Assembly: GCA_051362555.1 (NCBI GenBank)
Contig: CM120649.1
Location: 9,052,001 to 9,116,000, forward strand
Source: Lingula anatina
Lineage: Eukaryota > Animalia > Brachiopoda
Length of the DNA: 64,000 nucleotides
Direction: 5' to 3'
Position numbers and translations under genes: made by a program. Every line of letters begins with the position of its first letter. The first letter of the stretch is position 1. Positions 1-13,498 of the stretch are shown piece by piece. A model generated the notes under the pieces. That model saw only the letters and a list, made by a program, of their open reading frames with translations. It was not told where the DNA came from and did no database searches.

Positions 1-27
1 ATATAGAGCGCAATCAGAACAAAGTGA

Positions 28-217
28 TCTGCTGATTAAATATGGCCCACCGACTTAAAGGAATGCCTCTAATCTCCCCACATCTCCCCATGGGGGCTGG
101 CAAGTAAACTTTGGAGCAAAGATTTAATTTGTTAAATGGGCCATGTTGAGGGCAGGAGATCATTAGGGAATTTAGCGGCTTGCTTTTAAGCGGGGTCAGC
201 CATGTTTAGTCAGCAGA
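28..217. mobile_element. Degenerate MITE-like inverted repeat
   Basis: TCTGCTGATTAAATATGGC (28-46) is an imperfect reverse complement of GCCATGTTTAGTCAGCAGA (199-217). Confidence 0.35.
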
Positions 218-502
218 ACAGGTAGTCTGCGGCTTATCTGTTCTGCATGTACTCAAAGACACTAAATGCCATTATTATTATTAAGAAATTCAACTAAGTG
301 CCATAAGATACAAAATAATTTGCTAAAATTAAGCTGAATTTCTGAAATCAAGTTTGTTGGTTTAAAAGTCAACATAATATTTTCAATTGAACTATACATA
401 TTTGTAATACTTGAAAAGCTTTAATTTCTTGTTAAACATTCTATTGTGTTGCTGTTACAGCAGAAAATGAGTGATAACAAGGTTCCATATTTAACTTCAC
501 CA

Positions 503-3500
503 TCATTCCTTATTATGGTGCTTTTTCTCATGGGCTTTGCGGCTGACATTGTGGTTAAATGCCTCATCACAAAAGCTGCACTTGTATGGTTTCTCCCCTG
601 TGTGCACTCTCTCATGACAAGAACGACCTATTGCCTGTATAAAAGTTTTGTCACAGTACCTGCACTGGTAAGGTTTCTCACCTGTATGCACTCTCTCATG
701 ATTTATAAGATGATTTTTTACGTGGAACATTTTACTACAAAACTGACATTGGAATTCTTTAGCACCTAAATGTTTCTTTTCATGCAGATTTCTAGCATTT
801 GCATTGAAAAACCTTCTATCACAAAATTGACAAGCAAATCGTTCTTTTTTTTTAGGCTTGCTATGCTCTTTCTCATGTCTAGAACAATATTGGGCAGTTT
901 TAAAAGTTTTGGAGCAATACTGACATAAATAATTTTTCTTGGACGTGTGAAGCATTTCATGGTTTGAGCACCTATGCTTATTGGCAAAGCCCTTACTACA
1001 ATACTGGCATTTATATGGTCCATCTCTTCTGACACTGTGAACTCTTTTGTGACCAATCAAACTTTTCTTGCTTGAAAATAACTGATTACAAATATGACAT
1101 TGAAAGTCTTTTACTTTAACAGTCTGATGACTTGAACAGCCTTTATCATCATCATAATCGTTATTATCATCACCATCATCATCTGATAGCAAACTTGCAT
1201 CACTGGGAACATAAGAATCATCATCCTGATCACCACCGTCATCATCCTCATCAGAAGAAAGCATCTCCTCATCCCATGAAAAGGACTGAGGGGCGTTTGT
1301 GACAACGTCTTCACTGTCATCCACATTCAGTGTAACTCCATACTCTTTCAGCAAAGCATCTTGAAAACTGGTGTCAATTTCTACATTATATTTATCATTA
1401 ACAAACATCTGGTGATCTATGTTAATTTTTTCCACCTTCACAATGGCTTCTTTCAGTTTCCATGGACCTCCAGTAGGAACAACAGCTTTCACCTTGGGTT
1501 TAGTGTGTTTACACTGCAAACCCTTCTGTCTTTTTTTTGGTTTAATGCTGGTTTGAAGCAATTCCTGCTCTCCCCTGCTACTGCTAGTGAGTAAAACTGC
1601 ATCCCCTTTGACACCATCCTGTGAAGTTATATGTGTGGTTGCACTACATTTAGCACTGGAACTGGCTGGCACTGCTTCCTGATGTCTTCTAGTGGGTAAA
1701 GTTGTATTCTCTGAGCCATCATCCTGTGAAGTTATCTGTGTGGTTGCACTACATTTAGCTTTGGAACTGGCTGGCACTGCTTCCTGATGTCTTCTAGTGG
1801 GTAAAGTTGTATTCTCTTTGCCACCATCCTGTGAAGTTATCTGTGTGGTTGCACTACATTTAGCATTGGAACTGGCTGGCACTGCTTCCTGATGTCTTCT
1901 AGTGGGTAAAGTTGTATTCTCTTTGCCACCATCCTGTGAAGTTATCTGTGTGGTTGCACTACATTTAGCACTGGAACTGGCTGGCACCAATGTCTCCTGC
2001 CCCCTGCTTACAATAAATATAAGGTCTTTGCCAATGTACTGTGACAGTGGAGTTAGCAGTGTGATGGGAAAATATTTGAAACTGGGTTGCATTGATCCCT
2101 GCTGCCCTCCATTGACAAACATATCACCTTTGCCAAAATAATGCGATGTCTTTTGTGTGTTGGGCACCCATGTGGAAGTATTTATTATTGATTTCATCTG
2201 CCCTTTACAAAAATGAATGTTCTTTTTACTGGTGCTCTCAAGTGGAAAATGCTGTTCACCAGCTTTAGTACTGGCTTGTGTTGATTCATGTTGCCCCTCA
2301 GTGAACAATGGATCAGCTTAAAACAAGAAAGAAAAAAAAAGAGATATACACTTGTTATCAATCTGAATTCCCTTCAGTTCAGTGCTACCATACTGTAATT
2401 AACAAACTTATTAATTGTTTAAAAAACTTATTAAATTCAATGGTAAATCAATTTCAATACCAGATCCTTACTTTCCATGTTAGAAGGAAGGCCAGGGTCA
2501 GTGGCTGTGTCTGCTCCCATGTCACAGGGTTCTGTTTTCAAACACAAGCCTCTCTGGTCAGTAGAGGGGTCACCCTGAATACTTGATGATGGCAAGTCAC
2601 CGACTTCTGGAAACAAATGTACACAAAATTAACCTTGTGATGAATATTGCAAAAAGTTTTCTATACTGTGTGCACTCTTTAGAAACTGATGCAGGTTAAG
2701 TTGAACATATCACTTGTTAATTGATAATTGATGTAGCTGAACCAACTTTAAAACAAAACAATTATAGTAATTATGATACAAAACATAAAAAAATTACAAT
2801 TATGTCTTTCATTCAGGAATTTGATATTAATAGACTAAAAGGTGATTTGACATTCCTGCAGTTTTGTAGGCTTGGATTTTAGCCTGGTACTATTTCCCTG
2901 TGCAGAACATAACAAACACATGCTTAAACCTATTTTCAACCGGGTTTTGTCAACTGTGAAAAATAAAACCCCTTCCAATGGGCAGTCATATAAGCACATA
3001 GTTGCATCTAGACCAGTAGTATATACCATAGTTGGGTGTCACATGCCACAGAGATTGTGCTTCGTGCTTCTCTATAGAAGTGTTCATTGCATGCACACAA
3101 GGCATTATTGCAATTTTTAATTCAGCACAAAACAGGTCTAACAGGGACATATCCAGCAAAATTTTAGTCTTAAGAGGCTTGCTGGGGTCTCAAAGAGGCC
3201 ATTCAGAATAGAAGAAAGGAAGACCGCTTAATCCTGTCATGGTCTCTCGGCCTCTTACACACTTTCCCATGCGCTGTCCCTGCAGTGGCATAGTAATTAA
3301 ATCTTAGCTCCATTTGACCAGACACGTAGGAAGGCATGTCAGAGACAGAGAGATCATTACAGAATTTAGCTGTCTTCCTTTCATGTAGGATCCACCATAT
3401 TTGAACCTTGGGGGCAGTTTTACAGATACCTTTTAGGTCATAATACCTTATAATTAGAACTTTCCTAATGTGAAGTAGCAATAAAATTAAAAAGCAGGCC

Positions 3501-6429
3501 ACTCTATAGTTAAGTACTGCTCTATGCAATTAAAGCACCACAAATCAATTATACTAGTAGAAACATAATTTTGTGATAATAAAGTTATGTATGGGAAAAT
3601 TTGAAAAATATTGCACATTGAAAAGATTGCATCATTACCGTATGTTGACCTGCCCTGTTTAAACCAAGGGTGCCTTCCCAGAGATTTAGATCGATCCAGA
3701 GATTAAGATTTAGATCGACCCAACTCCCTGGGGGTTCACACTAAATTGCAGTCAGCCGAGCGCGCACCATAGTTAATTACCTCTTTACAGCTTTTAGTAG
3801 GCGGGACAGGCGCTTAAGCCAGCTAAGCTGACAGTAATCTAGTGAGACTCCCCACAGGGATAGATAGATCTATGGTAATGGGGTTCAAGATTCCAACTCT
3901 TACCATGCCAAACACCGTCACTTCTCTGCTTCACTTCCACTTCAGGGTCTGCTTTGATCACTGGTGCCTAATAAGAGAATAATAAAAAAATATGAAGTTA
4001 TTTCTTTAGCTGCAGAATGCACTACAATTATACAGATGCATTCAACTGATAAGACATACAGGGTCCAGACTGGGCCCAGATGAGGCTAAGACAGGGTTCG
4101 CCGCACCATTAAGGCCTAGATTATCATCAAGAACTAGAAAGTGAGCTGTTCATCTGCAGCCCAGCAATTACTTTACACTGTATTGGGGCAATTGTTTGGA
4201 ATGAATGAACAAATGAATGAATTAATGAATGAATACCCTGTCCTCAGGGATGCTGTTTAATAAAAACAAATTACTGTCTTATTTTACCTTGGTCACCTCC
4301 TTCTCCTGGTACATGGCCCAAATACTGGTGCTAGGTACAGGTTTCCCCTCCAGAAGATCATACAACTCCTAGAGTAGCCGTACAGAAAAGTGGTTCAGTC
4401 AAAATGATTAAAATTTGAAATTTTAAATTTTAAAATTTTATTACTCACACTCAATGGAAATGTTCTTGTTTCAAGAAATTATGACCCAAGAAAAGAAAAC
4501 AGTATCAAATACTGTGAAATTCACAATTTTCCTGATTGAAAGGATTGAGGCATACCAACTCACCCACCACCTACCTTTCTGTGTCGCCTTTTCTCTTCAC
4601 TCTCTTCACTTCCATCTCCACTCTTCTCAGTCTTGGGTACAGCAATGGTGGGCACTGCATCTGGCTTCAGTTTCCCACTATGCCCACCTCCCCTAAAATC
4701 TGCGTTTGAACTTCCCTCAAAGCAGTGGCCCTCGAAGTGATCTGAGCACACCACTTGTTGCTTGTTAAATCGAAAAGCTCCAATGTCATGATTAATGCCC
4801 ATATTTTTCAACCAAGCTTCTGCCCTTTCTTTTTCCTTTGGGTTAATTTTTGGATTAGGTATTGTGTAATATGCCACATCACTGTTTTCAGTGGTGTTCT
4901 TACACCCATATGCCATGCAGTGTCTCATCTTGTCCATCTGCTGAAAAAGAGACACACCAAAATCAACAATCTCAAAAAATATAATTAGTATAATAGCAAT
5001 ATATTGCTTTAATTGTCTATAAAATTTAAGTCTATTCAGCTATTTTAAACATGATGCCTTTCCATAAGCAATATCCATTTTCAAAATTTTAAGAGTTTAA
5101 ATGTTGCTATTTTGGGCATAGAATGTCAGACATTTCCAGTCATCTTCCTCACAATGTAAGGATGAAAAGAATTCAGAATCAACCACCCCCCAGGGGCAGC
5201 GCAACCCACTGTTGCACTTTAATTCCTTGCCTGATGACAGGTCTTCCAATCCCCAAAGTTTTAACTTCCTTACTAGTACTAGTCTTCTAGTGAGGAAGAG
5301 ATGGTGGAAATTACTAATTATGCACAGATGCAGGGTCTCATGAAAGAATGGGCAGGACAGCATGATCCCAGAATTTCCACTGATGATGTAATGCCATGGT
5401 CACATGAATATTAAATGAACCAATTAAATTAGTTATATACGGTCCCCACTTTTTGGCATGTAACTCACGAAAAATGACTCTATGTCATTGCTGTTTGAAT
5501 GCTGATTCAGGATCCCAGGGAGCTTTCCCAACTCTGTGAAGTGAAGTGTACTCTTCCCTGATAATTTTTATGTGTTTAATGTTACACTTTCCAAACTTAA
5601 TGAATATGAAGCAAAATATGATGTATATTATAAATGGAGAGCGTGCACACAAGAGATGATTTCATGTCATTGCTGTTTAACTGCCCATTCATGATTGCAA
5701 AGTGCTTTCCCAACTCTTTGAAGTGTACTCTTTCCTAATGATTTTTGTATGTGTTTAATGTTACCTCTTGCATAATTTATGAATACAAAGCAAAATACAT
5801 TTTGTATTATTCTTAGTGGAAAGCATGCTCACAAGATCGGTGCCATGTTGTTACCGAATATTATGGACGTGCAGTTATATATATATTTTGACATGTAACT
5901 GTTAAATGACGATTTTTCCAAAAAAATTTTTTGACAGACTTGTTCAATGGGGTGGTCCAAATGGCTAGTAAGCTGTAAAGTTTATGACACAGACTGCTAT
6001 TTAACAAAATACCTCTGCTATCAACTGTTTTTGAGCTCTTGAGTTAAACCTCTCCTTTCTTTCGGCGGCCATTTCTTGGGCACTTTTTCCAGACACGAGT
6101 CTCGTTGGCAGTGCTCTGGCATTGACTGTCGCATTTTTATATTCCGAAAAGTCGAATATACTCGGGACAGCATCATCTCTGAGCTTTCTCCTCGTTTTTC
6201 CGTGCGAGCACAGTTCGGCTCGAAGGTTACGCACGAAACATTCAGGCTCGAAGTGGTCGCTACAAATTCTAGCATATTTATAGTTATCCACTGCGCTAGG
6301 ATTTTTCAACTTCAAAGCATTGATCCAAATTTGTCGTTTTGCTGTCTCCACAGGGAGACTAAAAAAGTTGATGCCTTTCTTTTCGTTTCCTCGATTACGG
6401 CACCCAGGTGCCACACAAATATGCGGCAT
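503..6429 (-). CDS. Double-THAP / C2H2 zinc-finger protein (~958 aa); exons 6429-6013, 4940-4575, 4368-4288, 3967-3904, 2606-2472, 2316-503
   Basis: Exon 1 encodes a THAP domain (CVAPGC...W...RICSDHF...AVPSIF) and exon 2 a second one (CMAYGC...W...VVCSDHF...AVPTI). All introns are GT-AG with compatible phases (0,0,0,1,1), and the total of 2877 nt is an open frame. The last exon has an acidic tract and 7 C2H2 fingers, the last two preceded by TGEKPY linkers. Confidence 0.85.
1612..1988 (-). repeat. Coding tandem repeat, 105 bp (35 aa) x ~3.6
   Basis: ATCCTGTGAAGTTAT recurs at 1616, 1721, 1826 and 1931. The peptide VPASSSAKCSATTQITSQDGGKENTTLPTRRHQEA repeats in the ORF. Confidence 0.95.
3729..3855. 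mobile_element. Small foldback/MITE in a THAP-ZF intron
   Basis: GGGGTTCACACTAAATTGCAGTCAGC pairs imperfectly with GCTGACAGTAATCTAGTGAGACTCCCC. Confidence 0.4.
5482..5835. repeat. Diverged direct duplication, unit ~180 bp, 2 copies
   Basis: ATGTCATTGCTGTTT...GCTTTCCCAACTCT...GAAGTGTACTCTT...ATGTGTTTAATGTTAC occurs at ~5482 and again at ~5664. Confidence 0.7.
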
Positions 6430-8163
6430 GCCGTTATATTTAAACACCTTAATGTTTGGTCAACTGTCCGTGTGTTATCATTACAATACGACAATCAAAA
6501 GTTCATGAGTCTCTTGCAATAGACGGTTTTGGCAGAGTACTCTGTGATTCTGGCAAGGGTAAACCTGGTAAATCTGGTAAACCGTGCTTCGGTGACCTTC
6601 TTCTCCATTTGGAAATTGCATTGTGGGTAAGAAATGCTTCCGCAGTAAATGCATGCCACGCCCACCGTCTATACATTCATAAAGACCATTTTCTGCATTA
6701 TCTGTAATATTCAATCAAAAAAATTAATTAAGGGTATTTGATTGGAAAAATAGCTCTGATCGCGAGAAGGACAAAAACTTATGAATCCTGCAGAGGTAAC
6801 AATTAAACCGTCCAAGACGAAGAGGAGCCCAACACATATCGATGAGAGATGAAGAAAACAATTACAAGTACATATATAAAACAAAGAAAATCGTTACCGT
6901 TTACATCAATTTTGGAAATCTTATTTATTTATGTTGTTTTCAAGCGTAAATCGAATCCCATTATAGAGCGCACCATAAACACCACGACAACATTGTCAAC
7001 ATTGATTACCTCATTTCCAGTGTGTGCCAAAATTTTTTTTAGACTACTAGCCCTTCGGGCAAGTTTGCAGGCTCTAAAACTTTACTAGCCCGAACCAAAA
7101 ATCAATAGCCCAATATAAATAATTCATTTAAACAGTTTAAGCAAATGTTGCAAAGAGTTGTGGTATCAAACTTCCTTATAAACCTCTCATATAAAACTCC
7201 AAAAGGGATCAAAAGGTGACAACAATGAAATTTGCCTGCTTGAAAAGAATGCTAAGTTATAAAGAAAATAACTGAAAAAGATGCCCAAGATGCGTTAGGT
7301 ACCGCCACCTAGGTGACACTAAAACTAGACAGCAGAGCTGACAAATATACAAACAACATACTAGTACAAGAAACAAGGCAGCAAAGCTGACAAATGTTCA
7401 GACATTCAGGCGCAGAAAAAAGTGCACCAAATAATGTTTTGGCCAATTTTAATGCACTGTTACATAATGCTACATAAAACAGCATAATTACTCTCACCCT
7501 CTTACGTGATGTGCTACAGGTAACATTGACATTAAAAAACTAGCAAGTAATTTGGTTTCCTCAATTATAAAAGCCGCTGGAAATGCTAATGTGCGAAATA
7601 AAATATTAAAAAAAAGAAAAAAAATTATTACCGTAAATGTAAACTGACCGTACCGACTTTCGAAAGCAACCTGCTTCTTTGCCAAACAAAGTCACTCTGT
7701 AAATTTAATGAAAAACAAAAATACGGTTTGGCAATTTTGGGGCGAGCGTCTCCAAAATTGTGCGAAAACAGAATAATTACCGTAAATGTGAATGGATCGA
7801 GCCGTTTTTTGAAGCAACCTGCTTATTTACCAAACAAAGCAACTCATTATGTTTAAAGTAAAACAACAATTCGGTTTGGTAGTTAAAGCGTGAGTCATGT
7901 GTCGGACAGCGACGGCGACGGCACGGGCAGACAGACAGATCAGAATGTGTCCGTAAATAAAAATTAATAATAGGCCCTATGTATGTAAATCCTTTCCCAA
8001 GACTTTACTGGCCATGGTTTAGAATAACTGGATGAAGGAAAAGGTTCATTTTGGTATCTGGATGATAATAAAGGCTTATAATACCCTGACAGGTTTTCTT
8101 GCAATTCATTAAAATTGTTTTTATCAGGACAGTTATCCTGAAGATATCAGCCATTTTTGTTCC

Positions 8164-8241
8164 AACCAGGGAATTATATCGTACGATATAATTTAGTAAA
8201 TAAATAAACCAGGGAATTATATCGTACGATATAATTCCCTG
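8164..8241. repeat. Perfect 32-bp palindrome preceded by a partial copy of itself
   Basis: CAGGGAATTATATCGTACGATATAATTCCCTG at 8210-8241 is self-complementary. A truncated copy lies at ~8164-8193. Confidence 0.9.
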
Positions 8242-9396
8242 CTCCGACATTTTCTGGCTATTATTTCAATAGTCTGCAAGGTGCATGTATCACCTAAAAA
8301 CTATTTTTGACCATTATGATTAGAGGGTTATGAGATAAAACTGAGATACCACGTTTTTCATCCCGAGTTTTAGAGGACACTGGAAACTTTACTCTCTTCT
8401 ATCCACGTCTCTGTGGCATCCAATATACTGGTACAATGTATGTAGCGGAGAGGCGAGAAAATCAGGATGACGCTCTTCTATTGCCGCCGATCTTGGATTT
8501 TCAGTATCAACGCTAAATATATTAGAAATGAATGATTGCTATGGGTTAAATATAGTATTTAGTAAAATACATGCGTCAAAATTCTTGCTGCGACAAGAGA
8601 AATTTTGTTTTGATGTGGGGAACTCTATATGCCAGGTCGTTCCTGCAACACGCAGTCATATGGAACTAGGCCACAATGCCCGTTCGGTCTCATTTCAGTG
8701 TGGAGAATTAAATGCAAGTGATTGAAACATATTCACCGGTGGATCCAAGATTTTATTTATTTATTTATTTATTTATGTATTTATGTATTTATTTATTTAC
8801 TAAGAGTGTGGGTAGGAGAGAGGTCGAAGGGTTTAAAGATAACTCGCTTTGCTCCGTGAACGTACATGTAAAGCAATAGATCATAATGTGTATGGTACAA
8901 GAATAGAAAATAAATACTGGTATACGTGGTTTTGTCTCGTTTTGTTCCTTATACTGCTTTTAAAAAAGGAGAAGGAGAAAAGAAGGGATGAGGGGTTAAT
9001 AACTAAGCAACTAAGGGACGGTCACATCCGAATACTTCCCACCCCTGTGTCCACCCGTCGTCTGTCTGTCCCTGTGTTTACAATATACTTTTGAAATCTA
9101 TATATGACAGATTATTTGTAGGATCCTTAAAATGGAATGATACGATTGTAATTCTGAACGTACGTTTATGTTCCTCTCCTTCACTTCTTAGAAAGGACCT
9201 CCTGACAACACCCTATTTGCTTAAAAACCGAGCTTGTAGTCTATTGGGAGACGCCAAAATTGAAGCAAATGTTAACTGCGAAAAAAGGGAAGGTGCAATG
9301 TCGCCTGCACGATTAACTCTTTGTCAACTTGGGTAATGCCACACGTCTATTTTACCTTGGACCGACACATTGTTGCATTTGGACGATTTTTCTGCC

Positions 9397-9407
9397 TATA
9401 TATAAGG
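9397..9407 (+). promoter_or_regulatory. Candidate TATA box of the D8C-domain gene
   Basis: CCTATATATAAGG lies ~115 nt upstream of the signal-peptide ATG at 9516. Confidence 0.45.
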
Positions 9408-10960
9408 ACAAACATAGCGCCAGGAAATTACAGTCTGACTGAAATCAGGTATTGTGAAGGTCGCCTAATAGATACATTGTAGATCCTGCCCTCTGCGGTC
9501 AAGATTTGAAACACCATGTCGTTCTTAGTTACATGTACCAATACGGCGGTGCTGTTAGTCGTAGGGATGTCGCTAGTGTACGGCCAAGGTAATGTACAAC
9601 GTTAATATGATTCATCTGTTGTTTGTTTTATTCTTATTCTAATGACTTTGGCAAATCGAGTGTTGGATCGAAGGGAATGCACAAAATTGTGATATTCATT
9701 TATAGATAAAACACTTATAACTGGCAGTGAAACAAAAAATCATTAATAGTAATAATAATAATAATCATAATAATAATAATAATGGTGATGATGATGATAA
9801 GAAGAAGAGGAAGAATGATGATGCACTTATTTTAATTATATGAAAGTAGGCCTACAAGCCGCAGACTTGTAGAGAGAAAGATGACGGACAGAATTAACAG
9901 TTCCATGCATATGCATTTTTAAAAGTGTTGAATTGTTTACGGCACACTCCAGTGACATTCATGTACATGTATTTACTGTATAACCCATGCCCGAGATGCA
10001 GCTTCGCCGGCTTCTTTGCTTGATAAATGAGCTATGAGGATATGGACCAATGGCTTGATTCAGTTGCCGAAGTGAATAGCATAACATTTGTGTTTTAAAA
10101 TGTCATATTGTAATTACCGCGGTGAAGCCATTTACTTCGTACATATACGGTTATGAGCATATTGAACATATCATCACGTATTTGCATCTAGCTGACACCT
10201 TGGACACATTATACCAAGCTTATACACTACCACCACGGTAAAGTTGATTGTACTTTGCTAGTACTGTATATCACATCGTGTCAATCTCGCATCTATGGAG
10301 TTCAGTAAGTGGCGAAAGAGATACAGCCATGTCTTTTTCGGCTCTCAAAGCTCTGTAGTAAAAGACGAATTCGGCATAGGCCTTGTCGTTTTCGCATGTT
10401 AAAGGGCGTCTAAAAGACGCACGCGTAGGCTCCTATGGGCCATGGTATGCCTGCTTGTTGTTGGTGCAAAATTAATTGTACACTGGGAGTGTTAGGTTTA
10501 ATTAATGTATGGAACAGTTCTTTCATCCAAGCGCTAATTAAGCTGTGGTAAGATGGATGCTTTTTAAAGCTAAATAAGACTTGTTGCTCGGCTATGGAAG
10601 TTGTCATACATTTCAGTGAAATCTTTCAGGTGAATTTGCATTTTTATCTTAATATCTAGTAAGGGGAATGATATTACGACTTTAGTTTTGGTCAAATTTA
10701 GACCAAGCCTTTACTTATTGTAAATAAATAAATAAATAATAATAATAATTAAAGAAAGAAAATTGGTGAATATGGTGAATAGGAATGAGTTCCGTATAAA
10801 GTATGAAACTATCAAATGAAAAGAAATAAAAAACACCCTGCTTTTATGTATTATCTATTTGAAACAAACGATTTCACTTTGCCTTGTAACAGCACTCAAT
10901 TACAATGGTATTTTTTTTTACAAAAATTAGAAGTGGATTGCTCTCAGCAATGAATATAAC

Positions 10961-11246
10961 AAGTGGCGGATTTAGAGGGGCGGTCAGGGGGTCCTGACCC
11001 CCCTCCCTTCTGTTTCTGAAAAATATATCACACCAATAACCCCTCTTAAAATTAGAATTTTGATTAGCTGTTTCATAGTTCTAAACCGTACCAAAGGGCA
11101 CCGTTTGCCCTCCAAAGCACCAAAAATTTTTCAGGGCTCTTTCAAGAGCAGGCCCCGAACCCCATGCCAAGGGGGCGATGGTCCGCTTCGCATCCGAGGC
11201 CTGTCGTTCCGGACCTCCCCTTCAAATAATCCTGAATCCGCCCCTG
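10961..11246. mobile_element. MITE with GGCGGATT-type TIRs
   Basis: The left end AAGTGGCGGATTTAG matches the reverse complement of the right end CCTGAATCCGCCCCTG. ATAAC flanks both sides. Confidence 0.65.
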
Positions 11247-11892
11247 ATAACTCAAATAAAATCAATTTCAACCTCCCTCTCGACCGACCTATTCCTCACA
11301 AACATATGTGCATATCACCAGCGTGCACGCACGCGGAGTCGTACACGCGAAGTCCTACGATTTACAAATGTGTATGTATTTGTATCATAATTAAATGGGC
11401 TTGAAATGAATTTATCAAAGACCTATAATGCACTAAAGTTTTAGACAATACCAGCAGAAATTTTCGCTCAGGCTCTGTGAGACCTTTTCATCTGTCAAAT
11501 GATGTTGTAACCAACCAGAGAAGAATTTCATCACCTGCATGTGTTATGTTTATAACGATAAGTAATTTTTTCTTCAATCAATAGCTCACATTAAGATTGG
11601 TTACCTCTGAAAAGGGCATTCTACATTCGACAGACATTACATTTTTTGAGGTAAACTATTTCATATATATATATTTTGTATAGCACATTATCTCATGGTA
11701 TAAGATGTCCTTGTTTATCATTTTAGCTCCTTTCCCACGTCCTAGCTTGATTTAGAAAATTTTGATACCGTGGTACATAATGTTTTGCTGTCGGAAAGTT
11801 TGGCCCGGTCAAAGTAGGCCTAAATGCTACCGCGAGCAATGCCAATATCAAGAGTGAGGTTTATTACTAAACAGCAATATGATGGATGTGAT

Positions 11893-11933
<41 letters not shown>

Positions 11934-13455
11934 GGATAGAGTGGTCTAACGAGCTGGGTGTATCAGAGGCTTCAACTACTCTCTACCGGTGCCGCATTTT
12001 TAAAATTTGGACTTTTTTCTCTGACGCGAAAAGTACAGAAAAGTTCCAGCACTTATCTAGAGACAAATCCGTGAATATCTAGTGAAAAATCAGCCCTTGG
12101 TAGAGGGTAAGCTTCAACGCCGCCGAGGAGATATGGGTGTCCAATTCTGCTGTTTCTGGTACACAACGTCACTAGGGATCTATGAGTCGTCTGTATAACA
12201 TTCTTCGTTTGACTCCGGGCGTGGACTTTAAATGTGTCCTTGGTTTCTCATACTACATGAAGTTGTTTTTGTTTACACGTAATATCATTTTATAAGCAAT
12301 TTAGTTCTTACTTCATGCCAAATTCTTATAATATACCACTAGATTTTGGATTAATACATAACATTATGTTAGTGTTCATCGTTTTCTTTATTGGTTTATA
12401 AATTGATCATCTAATGAATGATTAAAACTTGCTCTAGACACATGCGATACAATCCAACCTATGGAACTTAACCAAGCCTGGAGGAACAGAGGGTTTACTG
12501 TGACCTGGAGCGACACACACCACTGCGACAGAGAGCCTGATAACCAATACAGCAAATGCTGACGGATGGACGGAAGGCTGGTATCGATTCACCGGTGACG
12601 CCGGAACAAAATTAGCAAATGAGGTTAGTAATCTTTCTTCTTGAACTAAAACATATGCTCTTTATGGCAACATCTCCTAACTGTTGTCCCTTTACTGGTG
12701 TGGAAATTAATACAGAAATTCTGATATTGTGCAGGGGATACAGTTTCAGTAATAAAATAATATTGTACAACACGTACATATATCACTGATTTAGTTTAGA
12801 ATAAGAGGAGAAAACCACAAATATCATACATGTATCACTAGCTACATGTCTTTTATTGTGTTCAAGTCGATAACTTCGGGTAATTTTTTCTCTTTTAAAT
12901 AAATCTGTCGACCTCGTGAAGATACAGGAAAGCTCTGATTTGGTGATTTTATAATATATTGCTGACAAATGCAGTTTATTAAATTCCTATTCCTCTCCAT
13001 GATATGAATCATTATATAGTCAATTCATAGGACTACTCAAACCTGCTGGAAACATTTTGACGACATTTTAGGAAAATGTTCTATCCTGTTACATGTTTCG
13101 GTGATGTCAATTTTGACTAAAGATTTTAATCTTTTCGGTGGACAAAACTAAAAAGGTAAAGCCATGAAATTTTCAGCATTTATTAAAAACATCATTTTCC
13201 TGATTCATCCCTAATTCCATTTGCAATATCTTCAAAACTGATGAAGTTTTTAAACTTTGAAATAAATGTTTTTTAGCCGAGCGATATATATTAATAATAA
13301 AAAGTTTTAAAAGTTTATTGAGTATCAAATTATAGCATGCTATTTATCATGCAACAATTCCTTAATTTCTACTACAAATAATAAGCTTCTGGTATAACTT
13401 ACAACGTATAACCCTGTCAGTTCATACAACTTGGGTCAGCGCTCGCGCAACGCGT

Positions 13456-13458
<3 letters not shown>

Positions 13459-13496
<38 letters not shown>
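13459..13496. repeat. (AG)n microsatellite
   Basis: Seen directly. Confidence 0.95.

Positions 13497-13498
<2 letters not shown>

Noticed and set aside
446-769. Plus-strand 107-aa ORF and other short ORFs overlapping the zinc-finger exon
   Set aside because: Antisense or off-frame shadows of the C2H2 array, with no independent motif.
4558-4563. Stronger-looking GTGAGT donor just downstream of the THAP exon 2 end
   Set aside because: Its use would shift the frame relative to the phase-0 next exon; the donor at 4574 keeps the ORF.
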